Part shown: in pieces, positions 42,575 to 56,265 of the stretch
Layout: each line of letters opens with the position of its first letter
Position numbering within the stretch: the first letter of the stretch is position 1
Source: Batkoa obscura
Taxonomy: Eukaryota
DNA length: 64,000 bases
Assembly (NCBI GenBank): GCA_030770535.1
Contig: JASVEC010000014.1
Coordinates: forward strand, 124,001-188,000
Direction: 5' to 3'
Made by a program: the position numbers and the translations under genes
Notes under the pieces: generated by a model
Told to the model about the DNA's origin: nothing
Database searches by the model: none
What the model saw: the letters and a program-made list of their open reading frames with translations, nothing else

Positions 42575-43486
42575 AATATTTTAATAAAAAGTTGAAGAAT
42601 AAAATAATATTTTAGTTTTGGTTTCAATAAATTTTAGTAGTCACTTAATTCAAAATTCAGATTCAGCAGCAAATTAGATCAAGTCAATCAATTTTCCTTA
42701 GGGTCTTCTATTAAAAAAGAAATATTAGCCCAAAACAATATAAGTTAATTGGAATGAATTTCTAATTATTTTAATAACACGACGGACTTATTTTAAAATA
42801 TAAAATACATCTACAAGCAGTGCTTAATGTTTTATACTTTGGGATTAACTATATGCAATGAGCCATAACTGAGCTAATGTTATCTTTATTGCTTATATCT
42901 TATAATTTAAGTACATTTAGTTTATATATTTAATAAGATTTATGGTAGATAAAGCTAATAAATACTTTTATTCAAAAGTGCTTTGAAATAAAATAAAAAC
43001 AGAAAAAATACAACTTATTAAACAAAGTATTTATTAAGATATTCATTGATTGAAACAATTTAAAGTTTTGAGAGTACTTTTGTAGTTTCTGTGATTTGAT
43101 GCATAGTTATAATCTTAATACTTTCAAATGCTACTTTTCCAAGTATCTTTAATCAAAATAAAATGGGGCGGGATTATTATATTTGTGTGAATGAGACACT
43201 AAAAAGTTAGGATGTCTTAAAGGAAGACCATATCTGGATTTAAGTAATACGATACTGACAATACAAAGACAAAGATAGAATAAATTAAGAGGTATGATTT
43301 GGAAACAACCATTGGTAATGCTTTTTTTGACTTCATTACTTTTTCCATTTTTTAAGCACTATTTGAGTGGAAAAGCTATTAATAAAATTCTTAAACACAA
43401 AAATACATCCCCATATGCTTTCACTTTATCCTTATTAATCTTGTTTGAGCTATCTATTATCTATTTCTATTATTTATGCTGCATAT

Positions 43487-43950
43487 TGTGAAATATCGCT
43501 TTGTCAGTCCCATGGTTAATTATAGCATAGCAATCGCCTAAGCTGTTGTGTTCTCGAGTTCAGAGAAAATCAATCCCACGTTCTTAGTTTGATTTGCTAT
43601 GAGAATTTCTAGCTCCATCCAAAAGAATATTGTCTTCTCATTTTGATATTTATACTTTTCAGAGTATAGAAGAGTTTACAGAGTATAGTAGTTCGAGGCT
43701 TTTTAACTGAATTATTCCTTGATATCTCGAACATTTAATAAAACCACTAAGTTTTATTAATAGTATCTTACGTAGATTTTACATTATTATTGTCTATTAT
43801 ATCTGTCTTATATAGCTTGTAACCTATTACGTGCTATTCTTCATAATCCAAGTCTATCTTAGTCACATAAATTAAGACCTTTCGGCTTATAGTATAGTCA
43901 ACCCAGCAATAGCTGTTCTTGAGTCCAAACTCTGAGTACCAGATTTCACA
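43487..43950. mobile_element. Solo LTR, near-identical to 3912-4374
   Basis: TGTGAAAT...ATTTCACA; flanks share ATAT (4 bp). Confidence 0.85.
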
Positions 43951-44699
43951 ATATCATATGGGAGTGTTTTTTTGATTTCATTATTTTTTCCATTTTTTAA
44001 GCACTATTTGAGTGGAAAGATTGTTAGTAAAATTCTTAAACACAAAAAAACACCCCCATATATAAAGTAACCAATATACATAATCATTTAAACCATCCAC
44101 TGTTTTTTATAAAGTAATTTAAAAGTGATTTAATGAGTATTCTTTTTAAAAACATAATTATATTTTTTTTAAAAATACATACTAAATATTGCAATCTTAA
44201 TTATAAATCGTAGCTTCCAATTAAAAATATATATGGGGATGTATTTTTGTGTTTAAGGATTTTACTAACAATCTTTCCACTCAAATAGTGCTCAAAAGAT
44301 AGAAAAAGTAATTAAACTAAAAAAAAATCACCATATGGCCAGTATATTTCTTATTACAAAAAATTAATAAAATATAAGGCTTAGTATTATTATATAGAAA
44401 TTTCATACATCTAATTTTAAGCCCCAAGTTATTCATTCCTAATCTTAAATTGTCCAATTATTCATAACATTAAACGATATTAATAAAAATACTTCCAGAA
44501 AAAATTTTTAATATATGAGGAACTATTTTTTTTGTCTAATTTTATTAACAATCTTTCCACTCAAGTAGCGCTTAAAAAATGGAAAAGTAATGAAACCAAA
44601 AAAAATCCCCATATAATACTTTTGTTATTTTATCATATAAATAATATAACTTTTTTAGTATTAAAAGATATTATTTTACCATCTTTATAATTGATTATA

Positions 44700-46121
44700 A
44701 TATAGTAATCATCTAACTTATTTAAGAAACTAATTGGAGTTTTATATTGATTTAATTGTAATTATACAATAAATTTAATTAGCTTTAGGTGCTTTTACTA
44801 TTAAAAGTTATGTTCTTAAATTCAGATATGGTTGACTCAGAGTTTTTATTTAAATTTCCTATGAAAATTTATACTACTTAATTACAAAAGATACTATTTT
44901 GATTATACAAATTAATACTTTTTGATTTATAATTAGTTAATTAAATAAAAACTGCTCTTAATTCCAACTATCAGATATTAACTTTTATGGCGTGTTTTTT
45001 AATTTTAAGTTGTTTTTAAATAAAGATACTATAATCAACTTATAGTATATATATAATTATTAATATATATAACTAATTTTCTATTTTTGACAACTATTAG
45101 ATTTAGTTGACTATTGTTAAATTAGTCAAACAATAATATATAAAATTTACTAATTTTATATTTAATATTTAAATTAAATAATATGAATTTTACAACTAAT
45201 ATAAAATCTGGTACTCAGTGGTTAGAGTCAAAAGGTCTTAGTTTGTGTAACTAAGATATGGGGATATATTTTTGTGTTTGAGAATTTTACTAACAATTTT
45301 TCCGCTTAAATAGCGCTTAAAAATGGAAAGTAATGGAACTAGAAAAAACACTCCCATATACTTGAATTATGAACAATAGCATATGGAGCTGTTTTTTTTA
45401 GTTTCATTATTTTTCCATTTTTAAGCGCTATTTGAATGAAAAAACTGTTAGTAAAATTCCTAAACACAAAAATACATCTTCATATTGTAGGACACAGACT
45501 GTGTAAGACAAATAGAATAGACAATGTTGCTATAAAATCTACATAAAATAGTATTGAGAAAACTTAATGGCTTTATTAAATGTATGAGATATTAAGGAAT
45601 AATTCAGTTAAAAAGCCTCGAGTTATTATGCTCTAAAATCTCTTTTATACTCCAAGTATGGATATCAAAACCGGGATATAATGTCCTTCAGAGTCATATG
45701 ATATGGATTCTCATAGCAAATCAAAATAAAAGCTTAGGGTTGGTTATGACTAAACTTGAGAACACATCAACTTAAGTGGTTTTATTACGTTATAATCAAT
45801 CACAAAGCCGACAAAGTGATATTTCATAGTGTGTTTCTCTTTATTTTATTAAAATTTTTGAAAATTACATTCAAAAGTTTAACTGTGAAATCTTATATTT
45901 TGTTTTTGTTTTGATAAAAAATAAAACTAAATAACTATATATTTGTATATTATGTACCTATTAAATATTAATAAAAGTAAAACAAAATAAGTTTTGAGTT
46001 AAATAAAAAATTTAACTTTAAGCTTTTTAAATTTAATTAATTATACAGTAAGGACTTGCAAATTTAAAAGAAAGTTTGGATTAATTTTTAATTAAATTCT
46101 GAAACCAATTCATACATTACT
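44700..46121 (-). mobile_element. Highly degraded third relic of the Sola-like element; left boundary approximate
   Basis: 46075-46110 TTTGGATTAATTTTTAATTAAATTCTGAAACCAATT matches the copy-2 right end; 45830-45940 resembles the 5' transposase region. Confidence 0.6.
45200..45828. mobile_element. Diverged solo LTR, inverted relative to the other two, carrying two MITE insertions
   Basis: TATAAAATCTGGTACTCAG...GATATTTCATA is a reverse-complement homolog; internal blocks GGAATAATTCAGTTAAAAAGCCTCGA and TCTCATAGCAAATCAAA retained. Confidence 0.8.
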
Positions 46122-47480
46122 ATATGGGGATGTTTTTTTTGGCTTCATTACTTTTTCCATCTTTTGAGCGCTATTTGAGTGGAAAAATTGTTAGTAAAAT
46201 TCTTAAATACAAAAACACATCCCCATATGTATAAAAATATTTGAATTAAAAATTTCTAATAAATGGGGATGTTTTTTTTGGCTTCATCACTTTTTCCATC
46301 TTTTAAGTACTATTTGAATGGAAATTTTGTTAGTAAAATTCTTGAACAAAAAAATATATCCCCATTCTATATTTTTCTGTAGCTATAGAACTATTTTTAT
46401 TTTGATATGCCTTTACCTTATCATTTAAATTTGTCTAAACTTTGTAAATATAATATCCAAAATTGCGACCATCACTAGGAAAATTAGTTATTAGTGGAAC
46501 ATTTTTAAATATACATGAATCTCTGTAAGTGCAGTGATAGGGTAAGGTGCTGGACACAAAAATTTTCTGGGAGATCCGAACAGGGAATGAATAAAATAAA
46601 TCTGATAGCACTAAATTTAAAGATGTATGAAATTAAGAGCTAGAGTATACAATGGTAATTTTTAATAAGTGATAGGCGTTAAGTATTTTATTATACAGAA
46701 TAGTACAGACAATCAAAAGGTGTAGCCGGAATGATTTGGTATGGCTTTTATTAGACCTTTGCGAACCATTTCAAACTATAATAAAAGTTACTGTACTATT
46801 GGTGAATTCTATACTGTGAAACTTAACGTTGTTTTCTTCAAAGAATTAATTTTAGAATAAAGTTCACAAAACAATGGTAATAGACATTACTAAAAAGATT
46901 GATAAACTATACCAAATTATACTATAATATGGGGATGTATTTTTATGTTTAAGAATTTTACTAACAAATTTTCCATTCAAATAGTGCTTAAAAGATAGAA
47001 AAAGTAATGAAGCTAAAAAAAACAGCCCCATATAGTATTTTTTGAAAATTGCAGGCTTAAGCGAACTAGAAGGTTATACACCATAAATTAAAGGATATGG
47101 TATTAGGATTAAGGAAGGGAGTGTTAACAACTAAGAAATTTAGACATTAAAATACTGATTCATCAATTATAGTCTTTATGTTTTATAAAAAATAAGAGAA
47201 AGTGTATAAGAGGTCAAATAAGCTACTTTTCAAAAATACAGTTAATTATAGTGATTGTAACCATATTTGATTGAAAGATAAATGTGGGCGGGGTATTTAA
47301 ATTTAAGGCAAGGTAATACACCACTAAATGTGAACTTGACTATATTTTCAATGTTAAAAATAGATTTTTTAAGGAATTTTAAAAGCATTTATTACATTGT
47401 TATTTTTCCTTTGAAAAGTTGAAGCACAAGGTGTTTTTCTAGCTAAAAGAAAAGCTCAAAAACTCAATTCAACGAATTCA

Positions 47481-48003
47481 ATGAACAAAACCATTAAAAG
47501 CACCTTATAAGATAAGACTGAGTCTAGCAATCGCATACTTTCAAGAGGGTTAGAAAGTCAAAATGTGATTAATTTTGCCTCTATTCTCCACGATTGCTCT
47601 CACACAGCAGAAGCAGAAATAAAGTTGAAGAAAATGAAGCCCTTGTTATGTATTATTTAATATTCTAATTTAGTTCTCTAGGAAGATAGTATGAAAAACA
47701 TACTTTAATATCTAAGAATTCTAAAGACCCGTACATGTTATCGCTTAGGGCGAATAGTACTAACAATGAGTATATAATATAAAATCAATAGGAGAACTTA
47801 ACTATAGAGATGATCGAATGTGGAAATACGAACGGTTGTGTCATGAGGGTTCATGATTGGAAAAGAAAAAGAGCGGATTGATATGCCAATATTAAATTGA
47901 CAGATTACAAAACAAACCCTAAGAAGATTTTCATGTAGAGCATAAAGTATATTACAATCAATCTGAAAAGCATTTAACTAAATGTATTAATTTATTGAAG
48001 TAA
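47481..48003 (+). pseudogene. Possible decayed intron-containing gene of unknown family
   Basis: Coding-like composition from ATG 47481, two GT-AG intron-like segments, several in-frame stops. Confidence 0.3.
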
Positions 48004-48258
48004 AGTGCTTTGGTTTTTTTAGTTTAATAAATTAGTATCTTTCGCCCATTTTTACCATCAGTCACATCGTCAGTCCTTTCTAAATTTAAGTAAATTTCAT
48101 TTACACCCTTCTGTCCCACCTTAATCTTTTCCTACAGTTTATATAAAATAAATTACACAGAACTCGCAAGGTCTTGATTTAAAAAAACAGTATCGCCATA
48201 TAAAACGTCACTTATAAAACATAAAGCTATTATTTTGTTATTTTATTGTATTGTAAAT

Positions 48259-48687
48259 TTAAGAGGGAGTTTTAAGAGCTTCAGGTTCCTTTTTTAATTT
48301 CTAGATTTCGCCATTCTTTTCCGCTACTACACACAACACCGCCTTTAAATCAGTTTTGAATGCTTCTATTCTACTAAGTGTAAAGTCCGTCACCTCTTCG
48401 TTTTGTTTATTTTCTTCAAGCGCCTTTGTCTTTTTATCTAAAGCTCGGAACAAATTACATACAGAGGCACCTGATTTAGCACAGATAGCAAGAGCTTGCG
48501 TATCAGTCTCTAAAGCACTCTAGGTAGCCGCGATGGTGATACATGCTGTACCCGATAATACCAAATCAGCACCTATTTGTGCTTTTTTACCAAATTTGTG
48601 AGTATGGAGGTGAGGAGAGTACAGCTTTAAACTGGCAACAACAAAAATGAAGAAGTAAGAGACCAAAAGATAGCTCAAAAATCTCAT
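48259..48687 (-). pseudogene. Pseudogene of the small secreted prepro-protein family (member 3)
   Basis: MRFLSYLLVSYFFIFVVASLKLYSPHLHTHKFGKKAQIGADLVLSGTACITIAAT*...VCNLFRALDKK...EI*KLKKEPEALKTPS*; TAG at 48520-48522 and 48301-48303; not in the ORF track. Confidence 0.9.
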
Positions 48688-49668
48688 TGTTAATTATATT
48701 AGTTATATTTTTGTTATTGCTATGAAACGCCTGACTGTTTATCTTATTTTGTATTAATCTCATTAAATTGCAGCATGCTTTTTTATGGCGATTCATATAG
48801 TTTAATATATTAATGTTTTGTACTTTATTGTAAATTGAAAGTATTAAGGGCTATAATGTAAATACGTTTTATAGCCATTAGTTAAATATGATGACTATAG
48901 TATAGCCAATAGGTATTTAAGTATATATAAATATCTATTTATTCATCAAAGAGATACGAATAGGCATTTTTTAGCTAAAAGCATATTTCTAACTATTTGT
49001 TTATTAGGTTAGTATAGAGAAAATTTAAGTTGATATCGCAGTTTAGCTTTAAATTAAGCAAATACATTTGTCAATTTTGAAAAATTATCATTAAAAGGTA
49101 TTTAATCAAATAGAATTTTTATTGTAGCAATAATAATGACTGAGACTATGCTTGCATAAAACCATTGACTTAACTAGTTTTTTCCTAAGTTTAAAAATAC
49201 ATTTTTTAATTAAAAAATGCCTTTACTCAAATTAACTGAGTCCCCAACCTAAAGTTGTATAGGATATTCAACACTATTTAAATTCCTAATACGATATTTT
49301 TTTGAAACAAGACATAAGCTGTCTTTTATTGCAGAACTCTCTATAATTTAAAGGCTACAGGGTTTCTATTACTAATCCAATTGAAATAAAATAATAGCCA
49401 AAGATGATTATTGAAAACCAAGGTTGCTTTTTACTGTAACTGCTAATCATAGTACCTTATTTTTTGTAACATTTTATAAAAACTTTTGCTTCAATAAGAT
49501 ATAGAGTTTTATGTATAATATAAAATGTAACAGATCCATTAGTCATTAAAAAGGACATCTTACATTAAAACATCCCAAGTGAATAACAGATTGATAGTCA
49601 CAGTTTTATTATAACTCGTAAACTCAGTCTCTTGTAGTTATTTAGCCAGTAGTTGCGATCATAAATAT

Positions 49669-50914
49669 AGAGATGTTTTTTTTACCACTTTTTCCATCTT
49701 TTAAGCGCTATTTGAGCGAAAAAATTGCTAGTAAATTCTTAAACACAAAAATACATCCCTATATAATATATTAATAGTAGGCTAAATTTATCAAATCGTA
49801 GTAATAAAAGTGACTCTTGTAATACCAAATTGTCACATTCGACTACTCGATTGTTTTGGAATATTTTTTATTTCGAAAAAGGTGAAGATTTTAACTTTAG
49901 AAGTTACTGATGGATAATGCAGGCTGGGGTTCAATTCCTTATAACCTTGAAGTTACTCCTACTACTACAGAAAGAACCCAAAATAGTGTATAGCTCTTTG
50001 CTGTGCTATATTCTAGTCTTAAATTTAATAAGATATTAGAAATAGAACAAAGTTATATAATAGAAAATCAAGTTTACTTAGTTATAGAACAAATAATAAA
50101 ATAGGACATGACCAACTCCTTACTGTATTATCTGTTTAATAGATGCTTAACAAGATCCATTTTATTCCAATTCATAACTAAATCTGTTCAACATCTAAAC
50201 TTATATCTACTTCGTACCTTTCAAAGTGGAATTCCTCGCTAATTGGGAAACTTTCATAATATATCGGGCCCTGAGTTTCTTTGCTATCTTAGCTTTGGGT
50301 GATGGAAAGATAGGGCTTAGAAGTATTGATAACTCCTTACTTAACTTAATGTTTAAATGACGATACGTCCCTCACAATTTTTAAGTACGTCCGTTTGTAA
50401 TACCCAATCTTCTTATTATAGCTTTGAGGTATATTCTATAGCAATTTGATTAATTGTCATATATATATTCATAGTATGATGTAAAATATTGCAACAATAT
50501 TAAGTACAAGATAATGGTTGCGGAGTTTTCTATAATTTTATCCGTAAACTATAAAATGACGGTTTTTAAAGCAATAGTGTTCAGATAAACATTAAATACA
50601 GTTTGCTAAAAATAGTTATTTTTTAAGAAGCTATCAATAATAAAATGCAATTATGTTAAAAAATTATTGAGAAAATTGCTGTAGTCGAAATTTAAGAAAA
50701 TTCCTCAGTAAATCTAAGTCCTTTTTCAATATATAGATTTACATATACTCATAACACCATGCTGAACCCATTTATATTCTTGTTTGGTATTTGTGGTTTA
50801 TGAAGGATAACAAAATACTGGGATGTATTTTTGTATTTAAGAATTTTACTAGCAATTTTTCCGTTCAAATAGCGCTTAAAAGATGGAAAGTAATGAAGCC
50901 AAAAAAATATCCCC
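49669..50914. mobile_element. Two MITE A copies (49669-49760 and 50820-50914)
   Basis: Consensus match. Confidence 0.8.
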
Positions 50915-51553
50915 ATATATCATTTTTAAATTTTATATTTCAAGCTAAACTAAGCTCTATTCATTTAATATAGTTGCATACTTATATGCTAATTTAAAAA
51001 GATCGCTGGTAGTAGCAATTATGACTTTGCTACTAAAATTTATGTTTGCTCATTTTATTACAATATCTGCATATGCTTTACTCATCAGTATTAAGTTATA
51101 TTTTATTAATATTTTTTATTGCGTTTGTGTACATGAAAGTAGGGATGCGAGTTTAAATCGATAGTAGTAAAAATAAAGTCAAAAATAAAAGATATAAGTA
51201 CGAACTCCATGATCGCTTGTAGTTACTGAGGCAATGCTATGGTAACATAGGAAGATTTTGTTTCCTACTTTGTTATTGTTTATCGAATTTTAGCGTGTAT
51301 TTTATCATAGCTTGTAAAGTATGATTTATTTTCAATAAAAAATTCAAACAAATTGTTCTATAAAACTCAATAAACAAAATGATCCTGATATACATATCAT
51401 GTAAGTTAGAATAATGGTGACCGCTTTTTGTTTAAGATTATAATTTATCAATTATCTTAACTTGCTATATTAAACTTATAGAAAAAATGATCGTAAAATG
51501 CCTAACATTCTAGAACATCAAAAAGGGTTTATTTAAGTATAAACAGTAAATTA

Positions 51554-53124
51554 TTAAACTCTAGGAATAAAATCAATGTCAGGATTTTCAATATGCATTA
51601 AACTGCCTGAGTTGTAGTTATCATGATCCCATTTAGAGGATTCAGAGCCAAGTTTAAAGTCATATTTTTGAAGAAGCATAGAAAGAATAACTTTTTGTTC
51701 AATTAAAGAGAAGTTCATTCCAATACCTAAATTAAACTATAAGTAAAAGCTAATTAGTTTATAAGTAAATTTCTTACATGTTCTTGTTCCCATACCGAAA
51801 GGCATCCAAGCGCTTGATTCTTTACCATAAGGATCTTCAAAGCGATCTGGATTAAATTCCTCTGGCTTGGAAAAGATTTCTGGATTGCGGTGATGCAAGT
51901 AAATTGGCAAAAGGACTGCTAGTCCCTTCTTAATCCTAGTGCCATCACTTAACGAGAGATCTTTGGTTGGAAAACGACGTAATTGAGTTACTGTTGGTGC
52001 AAATCTCATACTTTCTTTAATTACACAGGTAAGGTACTTTAACTCTTTTTGTTGTTCATGATCTGGTGCTTTTATCTCTCCATTATTTCCAAGTACATTT
52101 AATACCTCTTCACGAGCTTTTTTTTGGATATCCTATATATTAGATTAGATTAGATTAGAGATTATTTAGGTAACAAAATTACTTTATGTTTACTCAAGAA
52201 ATAAATAGTCGAGGTTAAGGTATTGGCAGTAGTGTCGTGTCCAGCGGCAAAAAAGATTGATAAGTTGTATAAAATCTCAGTACTAGAAAGCCCATTCTCA
52301 CTAGAATCCAAAGAGCTTTTAACCATTAAAGATACAATATCATCTTTGACATCCCCAGATTCAACTTCCTTCTTTTTTGTTTCAATAATACTTAAAAGGA
52401 AAGTCTTGAATTCTTCGGTAGCTTGGTGTACTTTTTTACGTGCAGGAATAATGAGTTCTAGTATAGGGAATACAAAGTATTTAAAGTCGTTGATACCGGC
52501 CATAGCTTTAGAGTACAATTGATAACCATGATTCTTTTCACCATCTTCTAAAGCATGGAAGTTGTAACTAAATAAACCTTTACCTAAGATGTCGAGAGCT
52601 AAATTTAAAAACTTAAGATGTATGTAAACGCCCTTTCCTTGTTCCATCTCAATTTTTTCAATAAGTTCTTTGCCACTTTCCTCAAAAATGTCGATGTTCC
52701 ATGCTTTTTTAAAGGCTGGGTTTATAGATTTACGATGGTGTCTCCATTCACCTTGATCTGAGAACACAATGTTGGATTTACCAAATAAGCGATATCTCAA
52801 TTGACCATAATCGTTTGGTTTATCTTCGATTTTATGGAAATTCTCAGTGTTAAGGATGATTTCTTTAATTTGTTTTGGTGAAGTGACAATTAAGTTCCAC
52901 CCAGTTGATTGCCATATGAGACCGTAGCCGTCTTTGTTAAGGATTGGACGATATAACTTTTCAAATCTTTCTGGGATTTCAGCTTTTGATAGCAACTGTT
53001 TAATAAAGTCGATAATAGAAACGGCTTTTAAATGTTTATATTCAGAGGGGAGATGGAAAGATTGATAAAGTGCAATCGATATAATAGAAGTTAAAAATAT
53101 TAAACTATATGCTAATATTGACAT
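51554..53124 (-). CDS. Cytochrome P450, paralog of 21254-22819, 3 exons
   Basis: AGHDTT, KESMR, PDRF, PFGMGTRTC|IG; same two intron positions as the first copy. Confidence 0.95.
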
Positions 53125-54531
53125 TTTGTTTTTTTTACTTTGATTAGTGCTATCAACAGCCCTTTACATATATAATTTTCTGTTAATTTTATTACTCCCA
53201 TTCCTTGCTTAAACTTTGATTATTTTTTTTCCGGTGTAATTTTGAGCCATTTTTAAGAAATTAAATGATCTTATCTAATAGATGGTACAGATCTTAGAAT
53301 AGATATAATTATACTTGATGATGATCAGTTGTAAACTCATAGTTCCTGCATTTGATTTCTAGACAATTTTATTCATTCTTTTAATTGCTATTATAGCTTA
53401 TACTTAATACTACAACTTTAATAAGTTCCTTATTTACCAGTCAACAATAAAAGCCTATTTTGAATCTGTTTATACAAGGCATAAAGGTGGTGTCAAACAA
53501 AATCTTAAATTTAAATTTGACTTAAAAATAAAGTGAATGGTAACGGATTTAAATCCCGCCCTTTAAAACAATTATAATAATTTAGTCCTTTTTAGTGTGT
53601 ACAAATTATATCATTTTTTTATAAACAATGGTTAACTTTTTAATAGATGCAGGTTAAAAATTTAGTAGAAATTAAATAAAGCGAATACAATGACAATAAA
53701 ACGGAGCATAGTTTAGAAAATAATGGATAAACACTAACATGATTATAAAGCGAAAGCCACTATTAATTATTCATAGAATAAAATTATAAACTTTCAAATT
53801 TAATAATGATGACAATGTTTTTTCGGAAGATAACAACTCTATTTTTCTTCCGAAATTTTCATTTACTGTAAAATATTTTTAATGTGAATGTAATTTAAAT
53901 TGTTGAATTAAAATTATTCACAGATATTGCAGTAATAGTTTTAAGTAATATATTTGATCATTTAATCAGTATTGTTTTTTAATCTATCAAACCACTTTTT
54001 AACATTCGCATATTGACATTCAAATACTACAATATAATGGCGTCTTTTGTTTACTATTTTTGCCATTTTGTTCGATTTTAAGTATATTTGAGTGGAGAAA
54101 AATCATTTAGGTTCTGATGTTACAAAGGCAGCATATATGAACATGTCTTTTTATTTAGTATTCAAATCCAAAATACCGTAATAAGTTTAATTGTTTAAAA
54201 AGTTCCAATTTCTATAAAGTATTTATAAATATTACATTAGAATATAAAATAGATTTTTCTATTTCAATCTTAAAACCTAGATAGAAAACAATATACGATT
54301 TTTTCAAAAAGTTAGTTTATTTTTAAATTGTTTTCTAATATTAGAAAGTTTAAAATGAAACTTTATTGAAATACATCTAAATAGTGTTTATTAAATAATT
54401 GGAAAATAAATCATTTTTTGAAAAACATAGTGGTTTTTGAAATACAAGAAATACAAAAACAGTCCCTTAATATAAAACTATCGATATCTCGAAAAACATT
54501 AGAGATATTATAGAATACAATATGAGCATAT

Positions 54532-54740
54532 GGGGATGTTTTTTTTGATTTCGTTATTTTTATATTTTTTAAGCGCTACTTGAGTGGAAAGATTGTTAGT
54601 AAAATTCTTAAACAAAAAATACATCCTCATATATAACAAATCAGAATAACAAATGTGAATCTTTTTATGTTCCATTTACTTTTCCATTTTCAAGCGCTAT
54701 TGAATGGAATAATTGTTATTAAAATTCTTAAACAAAAGAG
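54532..54740. mobile_element. MITE A (54532-54628) plus a degraded partial copy (~54655-54740)
   Basis: Consensus match; ATAT/ATAT on the full copy. Confidence 0.8.
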
Positions 54741-54784
54741 CGCTTTGAGTCTAACCACACTAGAGTTTAAATGACATTATTATT

Positions 54785-56265
54785 CTATATCAAGAGGTTT
54801 ATTAAAGACAACTGATAGTTTTTGTCCCTTTTTTTTTCAGATAAAATAAACTAAAGATCAATTAATGGTGACAAACAATAATACTCCAATTTACCTTAAA
54901 TTTTTTTTTCCTTGAATTATAATAAGCTACTCCCTGAAAATACTTTAATAAACAAAACAATATATATAATTCAGAACTACCATGTTAGGTGCTGTATGCC
55001 CAAAAATAAACTCAACTTGGTTAAACTCTAAAATTAGGTTATTTGGTGTTATTGTGTTACATCAAGTTATTACTAGGTATGGCGTTGTTCAGAACTGCGG
55101 AAAAAGATAAGCATATAGATCCAACTGCAGTATTGTCTTTAATAAAACGATATGTTATATTACGGTCGTCTAATTTTTTACATTTATTTGAATAATAAAC
55201 TTTAGTAAAATTACCTAAGAAATTTATTAAGCTAGTTTCAAAACCATTTAAAGGTTCTGTATCTGGGTTTAATATATTTTTAGCCAATGTTTTTGAAAAC
55301 TGATTATAAATTATAGCTTCTCCAGTTCCTATATACGTAAAAAATATTATATCTTTTTATAACACTGTTTAAAACTATTACCTGAAGTGCTACATGCAAC
55401 TCCAACTAACTCTTCAGTTTCATTTTGACTAAACTCACTCCAAACCCCTGCACCATATATAGCTGCCTAAAGAAAGTTTAATATATGTGACATTAATATA
55501 AATATTTAACACTTTACTTCACCCACCCTTCCTGGAAACTTTAATAATATTCCACCAGAGGAAACCCCAGATATCAACTCAAGGGTATTTAAATCAAATA
55601 CAATCGCTCCAACAGTATCATTCTTAATCTCTTCTAATCCGTTAGTGTCTAAATTCTTTTTGTAGTATTCATGCTCTCGCTTAGCTTTATCTGATATTAG
55701 CAAATCGTTCTCATGGTGTAGCTCTGGATAATGTTTGCTTACAAAATACTCTACCCCTTTATTTGTTAATAAAAGGGGTGCGACTCTATTCCCAGGTAAA
55801 ATACCACCTTTTATATCTAATTCCTTTAATTTGTTTGCTAATTCGATAGGATTTTTTATATTATCAACTGCACCTAGCCCAATGAATTGATGTAGTATTT
55901 CTTCACCAAACTTACTCTTAGTTATACTACAATCAAGTTCCACTTTACCAACTAGGTTTAAGTTAGAGCCAAAGCCTAGGATTTCAGTTAATATTCTTTA
56001 ACAAATCTTATCACATACCAGCATTCGTTAGCTCTGAATCCTAAATGATAGTCCAATGTTTTTATAATAGGATAAAATACTCAGTTTTACTTACCTCTAG
56101 CGTTTTTATTACACTAACTAGTACTTGGTCTATACTCTTTGTCCTTTTATAGCATTTTATTCCTTTATTTATAGCTAGCTTGGTCAAATGTTTATATTTT
56201 GAATGATTGTCTTCATTAAAATAGCCAGCGCCAACATGTAATAAAATAACTAAATTTTCACTCAT
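54785..56265 (-). CDS. TASP1: Threonine aspartase (taspase-1, type 2 asparaginase family), multi-exon
   Basis: LHVGAG, TNAG..LGSNL, ELDCSI, DTVGA nucleophile, SSGGILLKFPGRVGEAAIYGAG, CSTSGTGE, GHTAPNM. Confidence 0.9.

Larger units (their letters stand above)
43314..47029. mobile_element. Dense cluster of nine MITE A copies (43314-43412, 43960-44057, 44235-44332, 44517-44610, 45260-45355, 45385-45481, 46126-46224, 46265-46363, 46931-47029)
   Basis: Each matches GGGGATG..TTCATTACTTTTTCCAT..AAGCGCTATTTGAGTGGAAA..TAGTAAAATTCTTAAACACAAAAATACATCCCC in either orientation; most flanked by ATAT/ATAT. Confidence 0.9.

Noticed and set aside
43294..43491. Short ORFs 43294-43491 and 50791-50973
   Set aside because: Translations of MITE A sequence
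43314..47029. Clustered ~100 bp repeats considered as a CRISPR array or tandem satellite
   Set aside because: Irregular spacing, mixed orientation, TIRs and TSDs, eukaryotic context and no cas genes
46540..47140. Fragments faintly like a Tc1/mariner DDE domain (GMIWYG, QNNGNRH)
   Set aside because: Too degraded, no TIRs found, and motifs are not in a demonstrable common frame
48301..48522. Two in-frame TAGs as possible stop-codon reassignment or readthrough
   Set aside because: TAG terminates conserved genes here (HAP2, P450, helicase), and this copy also lost the KR site and 7 codons, so pseudogenisation is simpler
49895..49950. GGTTCAATTCC B-box/T-loop-like motif suggesting a tRNA or SINE
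   Set aside because: No cloverleaf or acceptor stem could be built
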